From contig NC_057719.1 in NCBI RefSeq assembly GCF_004010195.1, positions 1,483,657-1,503,656 on the forward strand: a stretch of DNA of 20,000 nucleotides. The letters run 5' to 3'. Positions 1 to 9,920 of this stretch are shown here, piece after piece. The stretch is from Chiloscyllium plagiosum (taxonomy: Eukaryota). Made by a program: the position numbers and the translations under genes. Position 1 is the stretch's first letter. Each line of letters opens with the position of its first letter. The notes under the pieces were generated by a model. That model did not search any database. It was not told where the DNA came from and saw only the letters and a program-made list of their open reading frames with translations.

Positions 1-162
1 ACATTCAAGAAGGCATTAGAAGATTATTTGAATAGAAGCAACATTCATCCCTATATAGGCAAAAGCAGGAGAATAATTGATTGATTTTATTACTATTTTA
101 AAGAACTGATCTAGACACAATGGGCTGAATGGTGACCTTCTGTACCATAACGATTCTCTGAT
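1..162 (+). mobile_element. Degraded CR1 LINE 3' end (runs off window start)
   Basis: acattcaagaaggcattaga...atttgaatag and tail gacacaatgggctgaatggtgaccttctgtaccataacgattctctgat resemble the CR1 3' UTR/terminus (gggccgaatggcct...). Recognised from memory of the family. Confidence 0.65.
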
Positions 163-2172
163 AATTAAATAAACAGTGAAGTATGCTCTACACCTGAAAT
201 TCAGCCTACCATTTGTCTGCCTTTTCCACTGACTTATGTTCTGCTGAAGCCTCTTACAGTATCCAGTGTTTGCCAAATAGACAATTATGTTGCAGCAATC
301 ATTTTAAGATTGTGTCTGAGTCCAAAAAATCTATAGGTTTTTGCCCACACATCTCTCATTTTGAGTGACTGAGGCCAGTTGCAGCAGTTCTCCATTTGCC
401 GAGATTAGCTAGCTAAAGTGCAGAATGGGGATTAAACAAGGGTCCTTGGTGGACTGTGTGGTTCTGCATTCCACTAATTGGCCACTTAAACGATTGGCGA
501 GCTCTTTTGTTGTTGCTTTCACCGTTTCTCTTTCAATGCTGAGTTTTAAGCAAAACAAAAGGTCTATTTTCATGTAAGTCTGTGATTTAAATCTGTCTTC
601 CCAGTTGAACATGTTATGTAATGCTGAAGTGATGGTGGCGGAGGGTGACTTCATAGCTGTTTTGTGTGGTACCACACTGTGCATTGAGCTGTCCATATTG
701 GTCATTCTTTCAGTGATGCTTCTGACAAAGGAACTTTTTTTGGGTTACAGTGGGATGATGTCACTATGTCACGGTGACTAAACTGATTAAGTGATTTATC
801 AGCTCAGTAGTTGTGGGAACTACATAATTTGGTTGAGGGAGGGAGGGAAGCCAGGAGCAGGGTGTTGCTGTATAATGTAGTGAGCAGCTTGCACATATTT
901 AATGACAGTGAAATCCTAACAACTGCAGAACAAATTTTATCATGGGATTGGGGGTGGGGTGGGGAATATTCTGCAACATCTGCAGACATTGTAAATGTTT
1001 TCATGTCCACTTTATCAATGTTTCACAGCTCTGATTGTTTAGTTGGATGTGGGTGGGGGAGGTGGGGAATGGATGATTGGCCACACAGTAGGGAAGACAG
1101 ATTCTGATCTTGCAGGACCAGGAATAACACCAGCAGACTTGCCAGGAACACTGTGTACAATAGTCCTTTATTTAGACCTCTTATTAAACTTTCACAGAAC
1201 TAAACAGAAGCAGGAATCACAATGCCCTGTATGGGTCCATCTGCAGCATGTCAGATTCAGTCAATAAAAGATTTATATCTGGCAGAGCCCATTTGTGCTT
1301 CTGACAGAAGGCTGAAGGGGAAGGATGTACAAGAGTTTCTGTGCAGTTTGAGAGGAAAAGGGCAGGCTACGAAGATGTTGAACCACTGTGAACATCAAAC
1401 TTCCTCAGCCCTGGAGCAACAATGATGTTGATTAGAAATTGTTTATATTCTGCTTTCAGGGAAGGTGCTTGGGGGTAGGAAAGGAGGAGGCAGAAAGAAG
1501 ATTGAATATATATGAGTTACCGATTGCTGTAAAAACCCATTTGAACACGTACCCTTAACACCCAGATTTGCTATACCCCTTAGCCTGAGGGACCTTCTGT
1601 ACTGAGTAATTGATACCAATTTTCACAGATCTGTTCCTGTTTTTCAGTGAATGTGTGGGACTGCAGATTATCTTAGGGGGAATCGTTGTTCCGAGAGTTT
1701 GTGCAGAGGTGTAATCTACATTTGGATGCTTAACAATTTTCTTTGTTCTCCTTCCTCCATGATTCGCCTGCCCCTCCCTTGAACAAAATGGTACTTTTTT
1801 TTGTGTAACGTGATGAATGCAAAAATGATGAATGCTGGAAACCCAAACGGGAAATGCTGGAAATACACAGGTCATTACTGAGACCAAAGGAGGAAATGAG
1901 CTGGCATGCTTCCAGTTCTGACCCAGTTGTTGTCTTCCACTTATGTTACCAAATGCAGAACTGAAATGAATTCAGGAGTTACTTGCTGAACTGCCAATAT
2001 TGTACCAAATACAAATTTTATTCAGTGTCCATCAATTTGGTTCAACTGATCAGGTAAAGAGCCCAGCTTTAGTCCTTAGTCTGTACTAAGTTATTTGCAA
2101 GGTTTGTGAAGGTTTGTAGCTCAGGTTGAGGTTTAGGGTGTAGGTTTGCTCGCTGAGCTGTAGGTTTGATAT

Positions 2173-2212
2173 CCAGACGTTTCATTACCTGGCTAGGTAA
2201 CATCATCAGTGG
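2173..2212 (-). ncRNA. Minimal type-I hammerhead ribozyme motif in PLE 3' pLTR
   Basis: Reverse complement reads CCA-CUGAUGA-U-GUUACCU-AGCC-AGGUAAU-GAAA-CG-UC-UGG: core boxes, 7-bp stem II, stem I CCA/UGG and palindromic ACGU stem III. Confidence 0.85.
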
Positions 2213-3203
2213 CAACCTCCAAGTGAAGCGAAGCTGTTGTCTCCTGTTTTCTATTTATATCGTTCTCCTGGATGGGATTCCTGGGGTTTGTGGTGATGTC
2301 ATTTCCTGTTCGTTTTCTGAGGGGTTGATAGATGGTATCTAGATCTATGTGTTTGTTTATGGCGTTGTGGTTGGAGTGCCAGGCCTCTAGGAATTCTTTG
2401 GCATGTCTTTGCTTAGCCTGTCCCAGGATAGATGTGTTGTCCCAGTCGAAATGGTGGTTTTTTTCATCCATGTGTAGGGCTACGACGGAGAGAGCGTCGT
2501 GTCTTTTTGTGGCTAGCTGGTGTTCGTGTAGCCTGGTGGCTAACTTTCTTCCTGTTTGTCCTGCATAGTGTTTGTGGCAGTCCTTGCATAGAATTTTGTA
2601 GACGACGTTGGTTTTGTCCATGGGTTGTACTGGGTCTTTTAAGTTTGTTAGTTTTTGTTTGAGTGTGTTGGTGGGTTTGTGTGCTACTAGGATTCCGAGG
2701 GGTCTTAGTAGTCTGGCTGTCATTTCTGAAACTTCTTTGATGTATGGTAAGGTGGTTAGGGATTCTGGCTGTGTTTGGTCTGCTTGTCATGGTTTGTTCT
2801 TGAGGAATCTGCGTACTGTATTTTTTTGAGTATCCGTTCTTCTTGAATACGTTGTATAGGTGGTTCTCCTCTGTTTTCCGAAGTTTGTCTGTGCTGCAGT
2901 GTGTAGTGGCTCGTTGGAATAGTGTTCTGATACAGCTTTGTTTGTGTGTATTGGGATGGTTGCTGGTGTAGTTAAGTATTTGGTCAGCGTTTGTCGGTTT
3001 TCTGTATACGCAGGTTTGTAGCTCTCCGTTGTCCTTTTTTTCGACTGTGACGTCCAGGAATGCGAGTTTGTTGTCGGTTTCTTCCTCCTTGGTGAACTTT
3101 ATGCCTGTGAGGGTGTTGTTGATGATGTTAAATGTCTCTTCTATCTTGTTTGGTTGTGTGATGGCAAAAGTGTCATCTATGTAGCGGACCCAGATTTTTG
3201 GTT
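2193..3203 (-). pseudogene. PLE RT (motif C to thumb) plus GIY-YIG endonuclease, truncated and frameshifted
   Basis: ORFs 2464..3237 and 2193..2723 join via a frameshift at the T7 run near 2821-2827. The ORF-track N-terminus (MFCLWRRGWSA) is read from the inverted pLTR and is not real protein. Confidence 0.88.
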
Positions 3204-3373
3204 TGGCACTCCAACCACGACGCCATAAACAAAACACATAGATCTAGATGCCATCTATCAACCCCTCAGAAAACAAACAGGAAATGACATCACCACAAAC
3301 CCCAGGAACCCCATCCAGGAGAAAGATATAAATAGAAAGCAGGAGACAACAGCTTCGCTTCACTTGGATGTCA

Positions 3374-3413
3374 CCACTGATGATGTTACCTAACCAGGTA
3401 ATGAAACGTCTGG
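3374..3413 (+). ncRNA. Minimal type-I hammerhead ribozyme motif in inverted pLTR
   Basis: CCA-CTGATGA-T-GTTACCT-AACC-AGGTAAT-GAAA-CG-TC-TGG. Predicted cleavage after C3410. Confidence 0.85.
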
Positions 3414-3619
3414 ATATCAAACTAAGTTATCTTGGTTGGGGCATGACGTGGGATAGAACGAGGGGTTGGTTGTGGGCATATAGAATATGTGGGTGTCTTA
3501 TAATGATTGAAGGACTTCTCACTGGAAATGTATATTGGCTATAGTTTCTGATGTATATGCTTCCTGTTGTTCAATAAGCATGTCAACAGCTTGTAAACTG
3601 TCATCCTATACTACTAAAT

Positions 3620-4340
3620 TTTAGATTTAGGTTTCATTGTCATGTGTACTCAGGTATGGGGTACAAGAGTACAGTGAAAAGTGTACAATCTTGCCACACA
3701 CGGTGCCATCTTAGGTACAAAGTCTTAGTTACAGAAATAGAAAAATAAAGAAATGAGTTAGAAAGTTCACCACTTCAGTTTTCTTACTATAAAAGTAGGA
3801 AAATAAAGAGATAAAGTTTAAAAAGGCAAACGTTTCAGTCCTTTTTTAAGCAGATGCCCCAAGCTGGGCTTTCCCCAAGTGGGCTCACACTCCCCTGCAT
3901 TGGGCACACTTTCACCCACACTGGCCCAAGTTCTGCCAGTGCTCACCAGCTGCCTGTGCTGCTGCTGATCTCCAGGCTTTGCTCCTGATTGCAAGGCTTC
4001 GGCCCCGACTGCAGCTGCCTTCGCCATCGCCGCTTCATTGCTGACTACTGTTATCCGGGCTCACACTGGGCCCCAGCTGCTGCCACACCCCATTGCCATG
4101 TTAGCCCCCTTGCTGCAGAGTTCCACTTTGGTACCATTCCGGATATTAATGAAGCCGTGATGCTGCTGACTGCAACCAGCTGCCTCATGGCCAACGTCAA
4201 AGACCCCAGCCACTGCCATCATCACCATTGCTTCATAACCTAGCTCGAAAGACTAAAGAACTAAAAGGAAGAAAGGAGAAAAAGCGAGGAATAAAGAAGA
4301 AAAAAGCTGTCAGAGTGAATTTGTGACTCTTACTAAAGTC
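3620..4340 (-). mobile_element. Probable non-autonomous retroposon with Rex1/Babar-like 3' tail
   Basis: The left end tttcattgtcatgtgtactc...agtacagtgaaaag reverse-complements to a cttttcactgtac...catgacaat tail. The interior has A-rich and GC-rich low-complexity blocks. Family and right boundary are uncertain. Confidence 0.4.
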
Positions 4341-4354
4341 ACCTATTTTCACCT

Positions 4355-4560
4355 TCAACATTGCCAAAACCCTCGTCCATGCTTTTGCCAGCTCCAGATG
4401 TGAGTTTTTCTAGTAGGAACTTGTTCAGGCTCATCCTCCACACTGTAAGCTTCAGCTGATTTGAGCTGTATTAGTACCAACCCTGTCTTTTCTAAATAAT
4501 ATTCTCTTTGTTCTCCGATTCTTCCTATTTATAATTCAGAGCTTCCTGTTTAATTCCTTT
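4355..4560 (+). mobile_element. Old L2-like LINE remnant
   Basis: aaaaccctcgtccatgcttttgccagctccagatgtga translates as TLVHAFASSR, like the L2 ORF2 C-terminal 'LIHAFVTSRLDY' region. Heavily decayed. Confidence 0.4.
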
Positions 4561-4639
4561 GACCACCAAGGTTTTTCTGGGAGAGGGGAGAAAGAGGGGC
4601 ACAGAGAGAGATTGGAAGCAGTGAATGATGGGTAACATA

Positions 4640-4765
4640 TTTTTGGACACTCATGAAATCAATGGAATAAGGCAGGAGTATTGAGTTGAGATAGCTGATA
4701 GCTATGTTGTTATTGAGTCACTTCACAAGCTAGAAAGTCCAAATTGCTGATCCTGTTTATGGACC
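4640..4765 (+). mobile_element. Decayed CR1 3' end
   Basis: atatttttggacac...gaaatcaatgga..aaggcaggagtattgagttgagat...gatagctatg resembles the CR1 3' UTR. Confidence 0.35.
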
Positions 4766-5342
4766 TGTACAGTCTGATTCAATCTTACTGACCGATGGAA
4801 GTTGGCAGCACTAAGATCTTCATTTGACAGTCAAGGTTTGAAAGCAGTAATTGCTGAACGGAATCAGCATCCTTCCAATTCTGTGGTATGGATGGATTAT
4901 TACACACTGTGATTAGAGATTCACTTTATACCAAACTTAAGTGATTCAAAGCTGGCTTTGGCATATGTTTCACAGGGTACTGGTTGTACACATGACCTTC
5001 CGTATAAAACAAATTAGCCTGTGAAAAAATGAGAGATCATTTTCTTCTCTCGTATGTTTTCTTCTTCCCACCCCTCCCCCAAAACCCACCAAAGGTACTT
5101 GCTGCCTTATTTGGGTGCAGTCTCACAGTTGGGTGGTTCTGGGGTTTGATTGGTCTGCTGATGAACTTGGTTAAGGAGTATTGAAGAAAAATAGCTCCAA
5201 GAGCTGCCAGAGCTGGCTTCTGTGTCTAGCAAATAATGGATGGTCACTATCTTCCTCAAATCTTTTACATAAAACTGTGTTATAGCCAAACCGGGTTGGC
5301 TTTCTGTGTGGCTAGTCTTGTCTGCTTTCTTTCCCCCAAGGA

Positions 5343-5430
5343 TTATAAGACCATATGAAATAGGAAGAAAAGTAGGTTGTTTGGCCCCTTGAGCCTGCAC
5401 TGCTATTCAGTAGGATCATGGCTACTCTAA
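5343..5430 (-). mobile_element. CR1 3' terminus fragment
   Basis: taagaccatatgaaataggaagaaaagtaggttgtttggccccttgagcctgcactgctattcagtaggatcatggct is the reverse complement of a CR1 3' tail. Confidence 0.6.
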
Positions 5431-5432
5431 GA

Positions 5433-5456
5433 CCACCACCACCACCACCACCACCA
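5433..5456. repeat. (ACC)n microsatellite
   Basis: accaccaccaccaccaccaccacc read directly. Confidence 0.9.
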
Positions 5457-5457
5457 A

Positions 5458-5525
5458 CTCAAGGGCAGCTAGGGAATGGCTATAAATGGTCAGTAGTGCC
5501 CATGTGCCACAAAGTGAATGAAAAA
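5458..5525 (+). mobile_element. LINE 3' tail fragment (gggcaattagggatgggcaataaatg-type)
   Basis: ctcaagggcagctagggaatggctataaatgg...gcccatgtgccacaaagtgaatgaaaaa resembles a common shark LINE terminus. Confidence 0.45.
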
Positions 5526-5789
5526 CAGATGGTGATTACCTGGTATTCCTAAGGTATGAATGTTAGTTGCCACTTGGTAGTGGAGTGGTGATCCAAAACC
5601 GAGGCCAGTGGGTTGGTGACATGATTCAATACTGTCATGGCATATGGTGAAATTTGAATTTGATTGAAAAAGAACCTTGGAAGCATTTCATTGTTGTAAA
5701 ACCCATTTACAAACTGGTTTACTAAGGCCTCTCTATCCCTCATTGCTAATTCCCCTGACTCATTTTCTGTTGAACCTATGCTTTCTTTG

Positions 5790-6692
5790 TTAACTTTTTT
5801 TTAAATAGCTGAAGAAACATCTATCTGATTTTATATTTTTGGCGAGCTTTGTCTCATATTCTAATTTTTCCCTGTACTCTTTTTGGAGCTCTTTGCTGTT
5901 ATTTATGTTCTGTCTGCTCTTCTGACCTGCCACTTATCTTTGCAAAATTACATCTTTGAGTTTGATAATATTTTTGACATTTTTACTTAACCGTGGATGG
6001 TGGGTCTGTCCCTTAGTTTCTTTTTATTTGTTGGAATGTATCTACTCTGTTTATTTTGGAATATCCCCTTAAATAATATTACAATTCAGTTGACCTAGCC
6101 CTTAACCTAAATTGCCAGTTTGCTTGCACTAGCCCTGCTTTCGTACCCTCATAATTTCCCTAGTTTAAATTCAAAATATTTGTCTTTGACTCAAACTTCT
6201 CTCTCATAAACTCTACCTAAAGTTTAATCATGTTATGCTCACTGCTACCCACTACAGTATTACTGACTGATATAAGATCAATAATTAATCCTATCTTATT
6301 GGTCAAATCCAGCCTGCTCGCTGGTGCCATAACATGCTGGTCTAAGACATTGTCTCAAAAACATTCAATGAATTCCTTCTTTAGACTACTACTTCCTCAT
6401 TTGGTTTGTCCAGCCTATATGTTCCAGCCCATGATAATTGCTGTATCCTTCTGATAAACTTTCCATTATTTATTTCTTGATAACCTGTCCTATAGGCCTG
6501 TACGCAACTCCCCTATGTCACCATTTGCCTTTATCATTCTTCATCTTGACCCAGACTGCTCTGAATTAAGGTCATCCTCCTCAATTCTGTTAATATCATC
6601 TTTAATTGACAGAGCCACTCCTCCAGCCTTTCTTAGCTTCCTGTCCATCCTAAATGACACACGCCCTCCAATATTCAGATCCCAATCTGAGT
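5790..6692 (-). mobile_element. Old CR1 ORF2 fragment (apurinic endonuclease and linker)
   Basis: Reverse complement of ~6600-6693 reads DSDWDLNIGGRVSFRMDRKLRKAGGVALSIKD, matching the CR1 endonuclease motif DW.LNI.GY..FRKDR...GGGVAL.IKD. Many indels and stops. Confidence 0.75.
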
Positions 6693-6890
6693 CATAAATT
6701 CATACAGCACAGAAGAGGCCCTACAGCTCATTAAGTTTCCAGCACTTGGCCTAAAGCCTTGGATATTTTGACATTTTAAATGCTCCTCCACGTAGTTGGT
6801 AAAAGTTGTGAGATTTCCAGGCTCTCCTACCCTCCCAGGCAGTGCAGTTTCCAGATTCCCAACACCCTCCGGGTGAAAAGTTTCCCTTGA
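6692..6890 (-). mobile_element. CR1 3' end fragment
   Basis: gtcataaattcatacagcacagaagaggccc...ttccagcacttggcc...ggcagtgcagtttccagattcccaacaccctccgggtgaaaag, similar to the CR1 3' ends at 9921 and 11693. Confidence 0.65.
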
Positions 6891-6996
6891 AATGTTAACT
6901 CTGTTTCTCTCTCTTCAAAGGTGCTGCTAGACCTGCTGAATTTTTCCACCACTTTGATTTTTGTTTCAGGTCTCCAGCTTCTCCAGGTTTTTTTGT
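6890..6996 (+). mobile_element. Old PLE pLTR 3' fragment
   Basis: aaatgttaactctgtttctctctc...ggtgctgctagacctgctgaatttttccaccac...tctccagc parallels the pLTR gatgctgcctgacctgctgcgcttttccagca at 15334-15363. Confidence 0.6.
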
Positions 6997-7049
6997 ATTA
7001 TTTTGATGAATCCATCTCCCTTGTAGCAGCAATACTGTTCCATCATTTG

Positions 7050-7143
7050 AAACAAAAATAGGCAATGCTAGGACACTCTGCAAATCAGGCAGCATCCGTG
7101 CAGAGAAAGGGTTAGCATTCCATGTCAATGACCTTTCAGAACT
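7050..7143 (-). mobile_element. Old PLE pLTR fragment, opposite orientation
   Basis: aaacaaaaata..aatgctaggacactctgcaaatcaggcagcatccgtgcagagaaag is the reverse complement of a pLTR (contains caggcagcatc). Confidence 0.55.
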
Positions 7144-8260
7144 GAAAATTTGAATTTATTTAGTTTATACAGAAATTGAGTTATGCATTAATTTCACTTG
7201 AATAATATTAAATTAAGATCTGTAGAAAATGTTACTGTTTTCTTTTTACTCAGCTCAAATCTTTGTAATATGAGCCTATGATTAAAAAAAAACACTCTGC
7301 CAGTTCATTATAGACACATAATAAAGAAGGTTAGACTACATAGCTCGGATTAAAGGTTGGCAAACACCAGGTTTTTATGGATTAAGGCAAACTGATAGAA
7401 AATGTAAGCCAAGGCACTGAAAAGTTGGTCAGACCTTCAAAAGGAGTTTTGAGTTCTGTTCTGTCATGTCTTATATTTTGGTAATATTTTGAATTAGTTT
7501 TTGAATGTCTACGGTTTCACTGCAGCTCTTAATGCTATTCCAGTTGAGATGTGTAGAATTTGCAGTTTCTGATTCTCAGGGTTTATTGTGGCAATCAAAA
7601 GGAAGTAGATCTGCAGTTCCATTTAGAACTGGTCAAATAAACAGAAGCATACTGATGAATATTGACAGCGTCCCACTCTTTTGTGTATCCCCCTTAGTAC
7701 TGCCAGTGACAACTGGACATTGAGGTGCCTTGGCCTTAACCTCATAATCAATGGTGGTGCTAGCACAAAGGGCTGAATGGCCTACTCATGCGCCTATTGT
7801 CTAGACTGCCTTCCCTAACCATGCCTGTCTTTTAACCTCTGCTTTGTTCCATTAAATGTATTTCTTTTGACCAAGCTTCACTCAACTGCCCTGGTATGAC
7901 CTTGTATGTCGGAAAATGGCTGATATTGCACCTGTGAAGAATGCTGAGATGTGACAAATTAAAATGTGCTGCGTTTGTCTCAGGGTTTTTTCCACTGCTC
8001 TGCAGATGGCGTCTGTTATTAGGAGACAAATAGCCCCATACATGCTATTGGCCATGGGAAGCTGCTCCAAGGTGTTAATTCTTCATGTAGTGCTTCAAGT
8101 AGTATTGCTGATGGTCTGTTTATCTGAGGAGAGGAATAAAATCTGTCTCTTACTGTTGATGATTATTTGAGCAAGAGTCACTGGATAGAGTCAGAGAGAT
8201 TCTGGATTAGTGGTGCTGGAAGAGCACAGCAGTTCAGGCAGCATCCGAGGAGCAGTAAAA

Positions 8261-8293
8261 TTGACGTTTCGGGCAAAAGCCCTTCATCAGGAA
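8261..8293 (-). ncRNA. Minimal hammerhead ribozyme motif (Neptune-type pLTR)
   Basis: Reverse complement UUC-CUGAUGA-A-GGGC-UUUU-GCCC-GAAA-CG-UC-AA. Core and stem II intact, stem I weak. Confidence 0.75.
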
Positions 8294-8305
8294 TAAAGGC
8301 AGAGA

Positions 8306-8498
8306 NNNNNNNNNNNNNNNNNNNNNNNNNNNNNNNNNNNNNNNNNNNNNNNNNNNNNNNNNNNNNNNNNNNNNNNNNNNNNNNNNNNNNNNNNNNNNNN
8401 NNNNNNNNNNNNNNNNNNNNNNNNNNNNNNNNNNNNNNNNNNNNNNNNNNNNNNNNNNNNNNNNNNNNNNNNNNNNNNNNNNNNNNNNNNNNNNNNNN
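8306..8498. other. N gap inside PLE 3' region
   Basis: Run of N. Confidence 0.99.
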
Positions 8499-8926
8499 GG
8501 GGAGTTGAAATGTTGGGGCACGGGGCGGTTTGGTTGATTGGTGCGGGTGTCTCGGAGATGTTCCCTAAAGCGCTGTGCTAGGAGGCGCCCAGTCTCCCCA
8601 ATGTAGAGGTGACCGCATCGGGAGCAACGGATACAATAGATGATATTAGTGGATGTGCAGGTAAAAGTTTGATGGATGTGGAAGGCTCCTTTAGGGCCTT
8701 GGATAGAGGTGAGGGAGGAGGTGTGGGCGCAGGTTTTACAGTTCCTGCGGTGGCAGGGGAAAGTGCCAGGATGGGAGGGTGGGTTGTTGGGGGGGCGTGG
8801 ACCTGACCAGGTAGTCACAGAGGGACTGGTCTTTGTGGAAAGCGGAAAGGGGTGGCGAGGGAAATATATCCCTGGTGGTGCGGTCCGTCTGGAGGTGGCG
8901 GAAATGTCAGCGGATGATTTGGTTTA

Positions 8927-9136
8927 GAACATAGAACAATACAGCACAGAACAGGCCCTTCGGCCCACGATGTTGTGCCGAACATTTGTCCTAGCTTAAG
9001 CACCCATCCATGTACCTATCCAATTGCCACTTAAAGGTCACCAAAGATTCTGACTCTACCACTCCCACAGGCAGCGCATTCCATGCCCCCACCACTCTCT
9101 GGGTAAAGAACCCACCCCTGACGTCTCCCCTCTACC
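8927..9136 (-). mobile_element. 5'-truncated CR1 3' end nested in the PLE ORF
   Basis: (TAGAACA)2 tail, then tacagcacagaacaggcccttcggcccacgatg...ggcagcgcattccatgcccccaccactctctgggtaaag. TTTA is duplicated at 8923-8926 / 9137-9140. Excision restores the PLE frame PTNLHINQIIR. Confidence 0.88.
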
Positions 9137-9779
9137 TTTATGTGAAGGTTGGTAGGGTGGAAGGTGAGCACCAGGGGCATTCTGACCTTGTTACGGTTGG
9201 AGGGGTGGGGTCTGAGGGCGGAGGTGCGGGATGTGGACGAGATGCGTTGGAGAGCATCTTTAACCACGTGGGAAGGGAAATTGCGGTCTCTAAAGAAGGA
9301 GGCCATCTGGTGTGTTCTGTGGTGGAACCGCTCCTCCTGGGAGTAGATACGGCGGAAGCGGAGGAATTGGGAATACAGGATGGCATTTTTGCAAAGGTAG
9401 CTGCAGGACGAGGTGTAATCCAGGTAGCTGTGGGAGTTGGTGGGTTTGTAAAAAATGTCAGTGTCAAGTCGGTCGTCATTAATGGAGATGGAGAGGTCCA
9501 GGAAGGGGAGGGAGGTGTCAGAGATGGTCCAGGTAAATTTAAGGACAGGGTGGAATGTGTTGGTGAAGTTGATGAATTGCTCAACCCCCTCGCGGGAGCA
9601 CGAGGTGGCGCCAATGCAGTCATCAATGTAGCGGAGGAAGAGGTGGGGAGTGGTGCCGGTGTAATTACGGAAGATTGACTGTTCCCTCCCCCACTCACCT
9701 ATTGTACTCTATGCTACTTCCTCCCCACTGTCACCCTCCTCTAGCCTTATCTCTCCATGCTTCAGGCTCTCTGCCTTTA

Positions 9780-9813
9780 TTCCTGATGAAGAGTTTTTGC
9801 CCGAAACGTCGAT
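9780..9813 (+). ncRNA. Decayed minimal hammerhead motif in inverted pLTR
   Basis: TTC-CTGATGA-A-GAGT-TTTT-GCCC-GAAA-CG-TC-GA. Stem II has two changes relative to the GGGC of the partner arm. Confidence 0.65.
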
Positions 9814-9920
9814 TTTACTGCTCCTCGGATGCTGCCTGAACTGCTGTGCTCTTCTAGCACCACTAATCCAGAATCTGGTTTCAAGCATCTGCAGTCGTTG
9901 TTTTTACCTGGAATCAGAGA

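Larger units (their letters stand above)
2095..3420 (-). mobile_element. Penelope-like element, Poseidon-type, 5'-truncated, with inverted pseudo-LTR
   Basis: Minus-strand RT (WVRYIDD...LAFLDVTV...VYRKPT) followed by GIY-YIG (VVYKILCKDCHKHYAGQTGRKLATRLHEH), with no Cys-rich linker. Inverted repeat 2164-2381 / 3204-3422. Perfect 10-bp TSD ACTAAGTTAT at 2085-2094 and 3421-3430. Confidence 0.93.
8197..9910 (-). mobile_element. Penelope-like element, Neptune-type, 5'-truncated, inverted pLTR, inserted into a CR1 tail
   Basis: Minus-strand RT C-terminus/thumb, Cys linker (FPCHRRNCKTC) and GIY-YIG (IIYCIRCSRCGHLYIGETGRLLAQRFREH). Inverted arms 8197-8305 / ~9768-9876. Inversion junction ~9684. TSD GAGTCAGAGAG 8188-8198 vs GAATCAGAGAG 9911-9921. 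Confidence 0.92.

Noticed and set aside
945..1070. G-rich tracts (ggggtgggg...) as G-quadruplex regulators
   Set aside because: G4 potential is plausible, but such tracts are common low-complexity sequence with no evidence of function here.
1632..1716. Possible exon (pyrimidine tract ttcctgtttttcag ... gag/gtgtaa)
   Set aside because: Weak donor, unrecognisable peptide and no partner exons. It would need RNA-seq. Similar AG sites near 12255 and 12983 are also unsupported.
16..1887. Short ORFs of 60-110 aa in apparently unique sequence
   Set aside because: No recognisable domains, and lengths are as expected by chance.
9010..9698. Long ORFs 9010..9678(+) and 9138..9698(-), and similarly 13872..14327(-) and 14508..14795(+)
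   Set aside because: Antisense or off-frame shadows of the C-rich PLE ORF. The real RT motifs lie in other frames.
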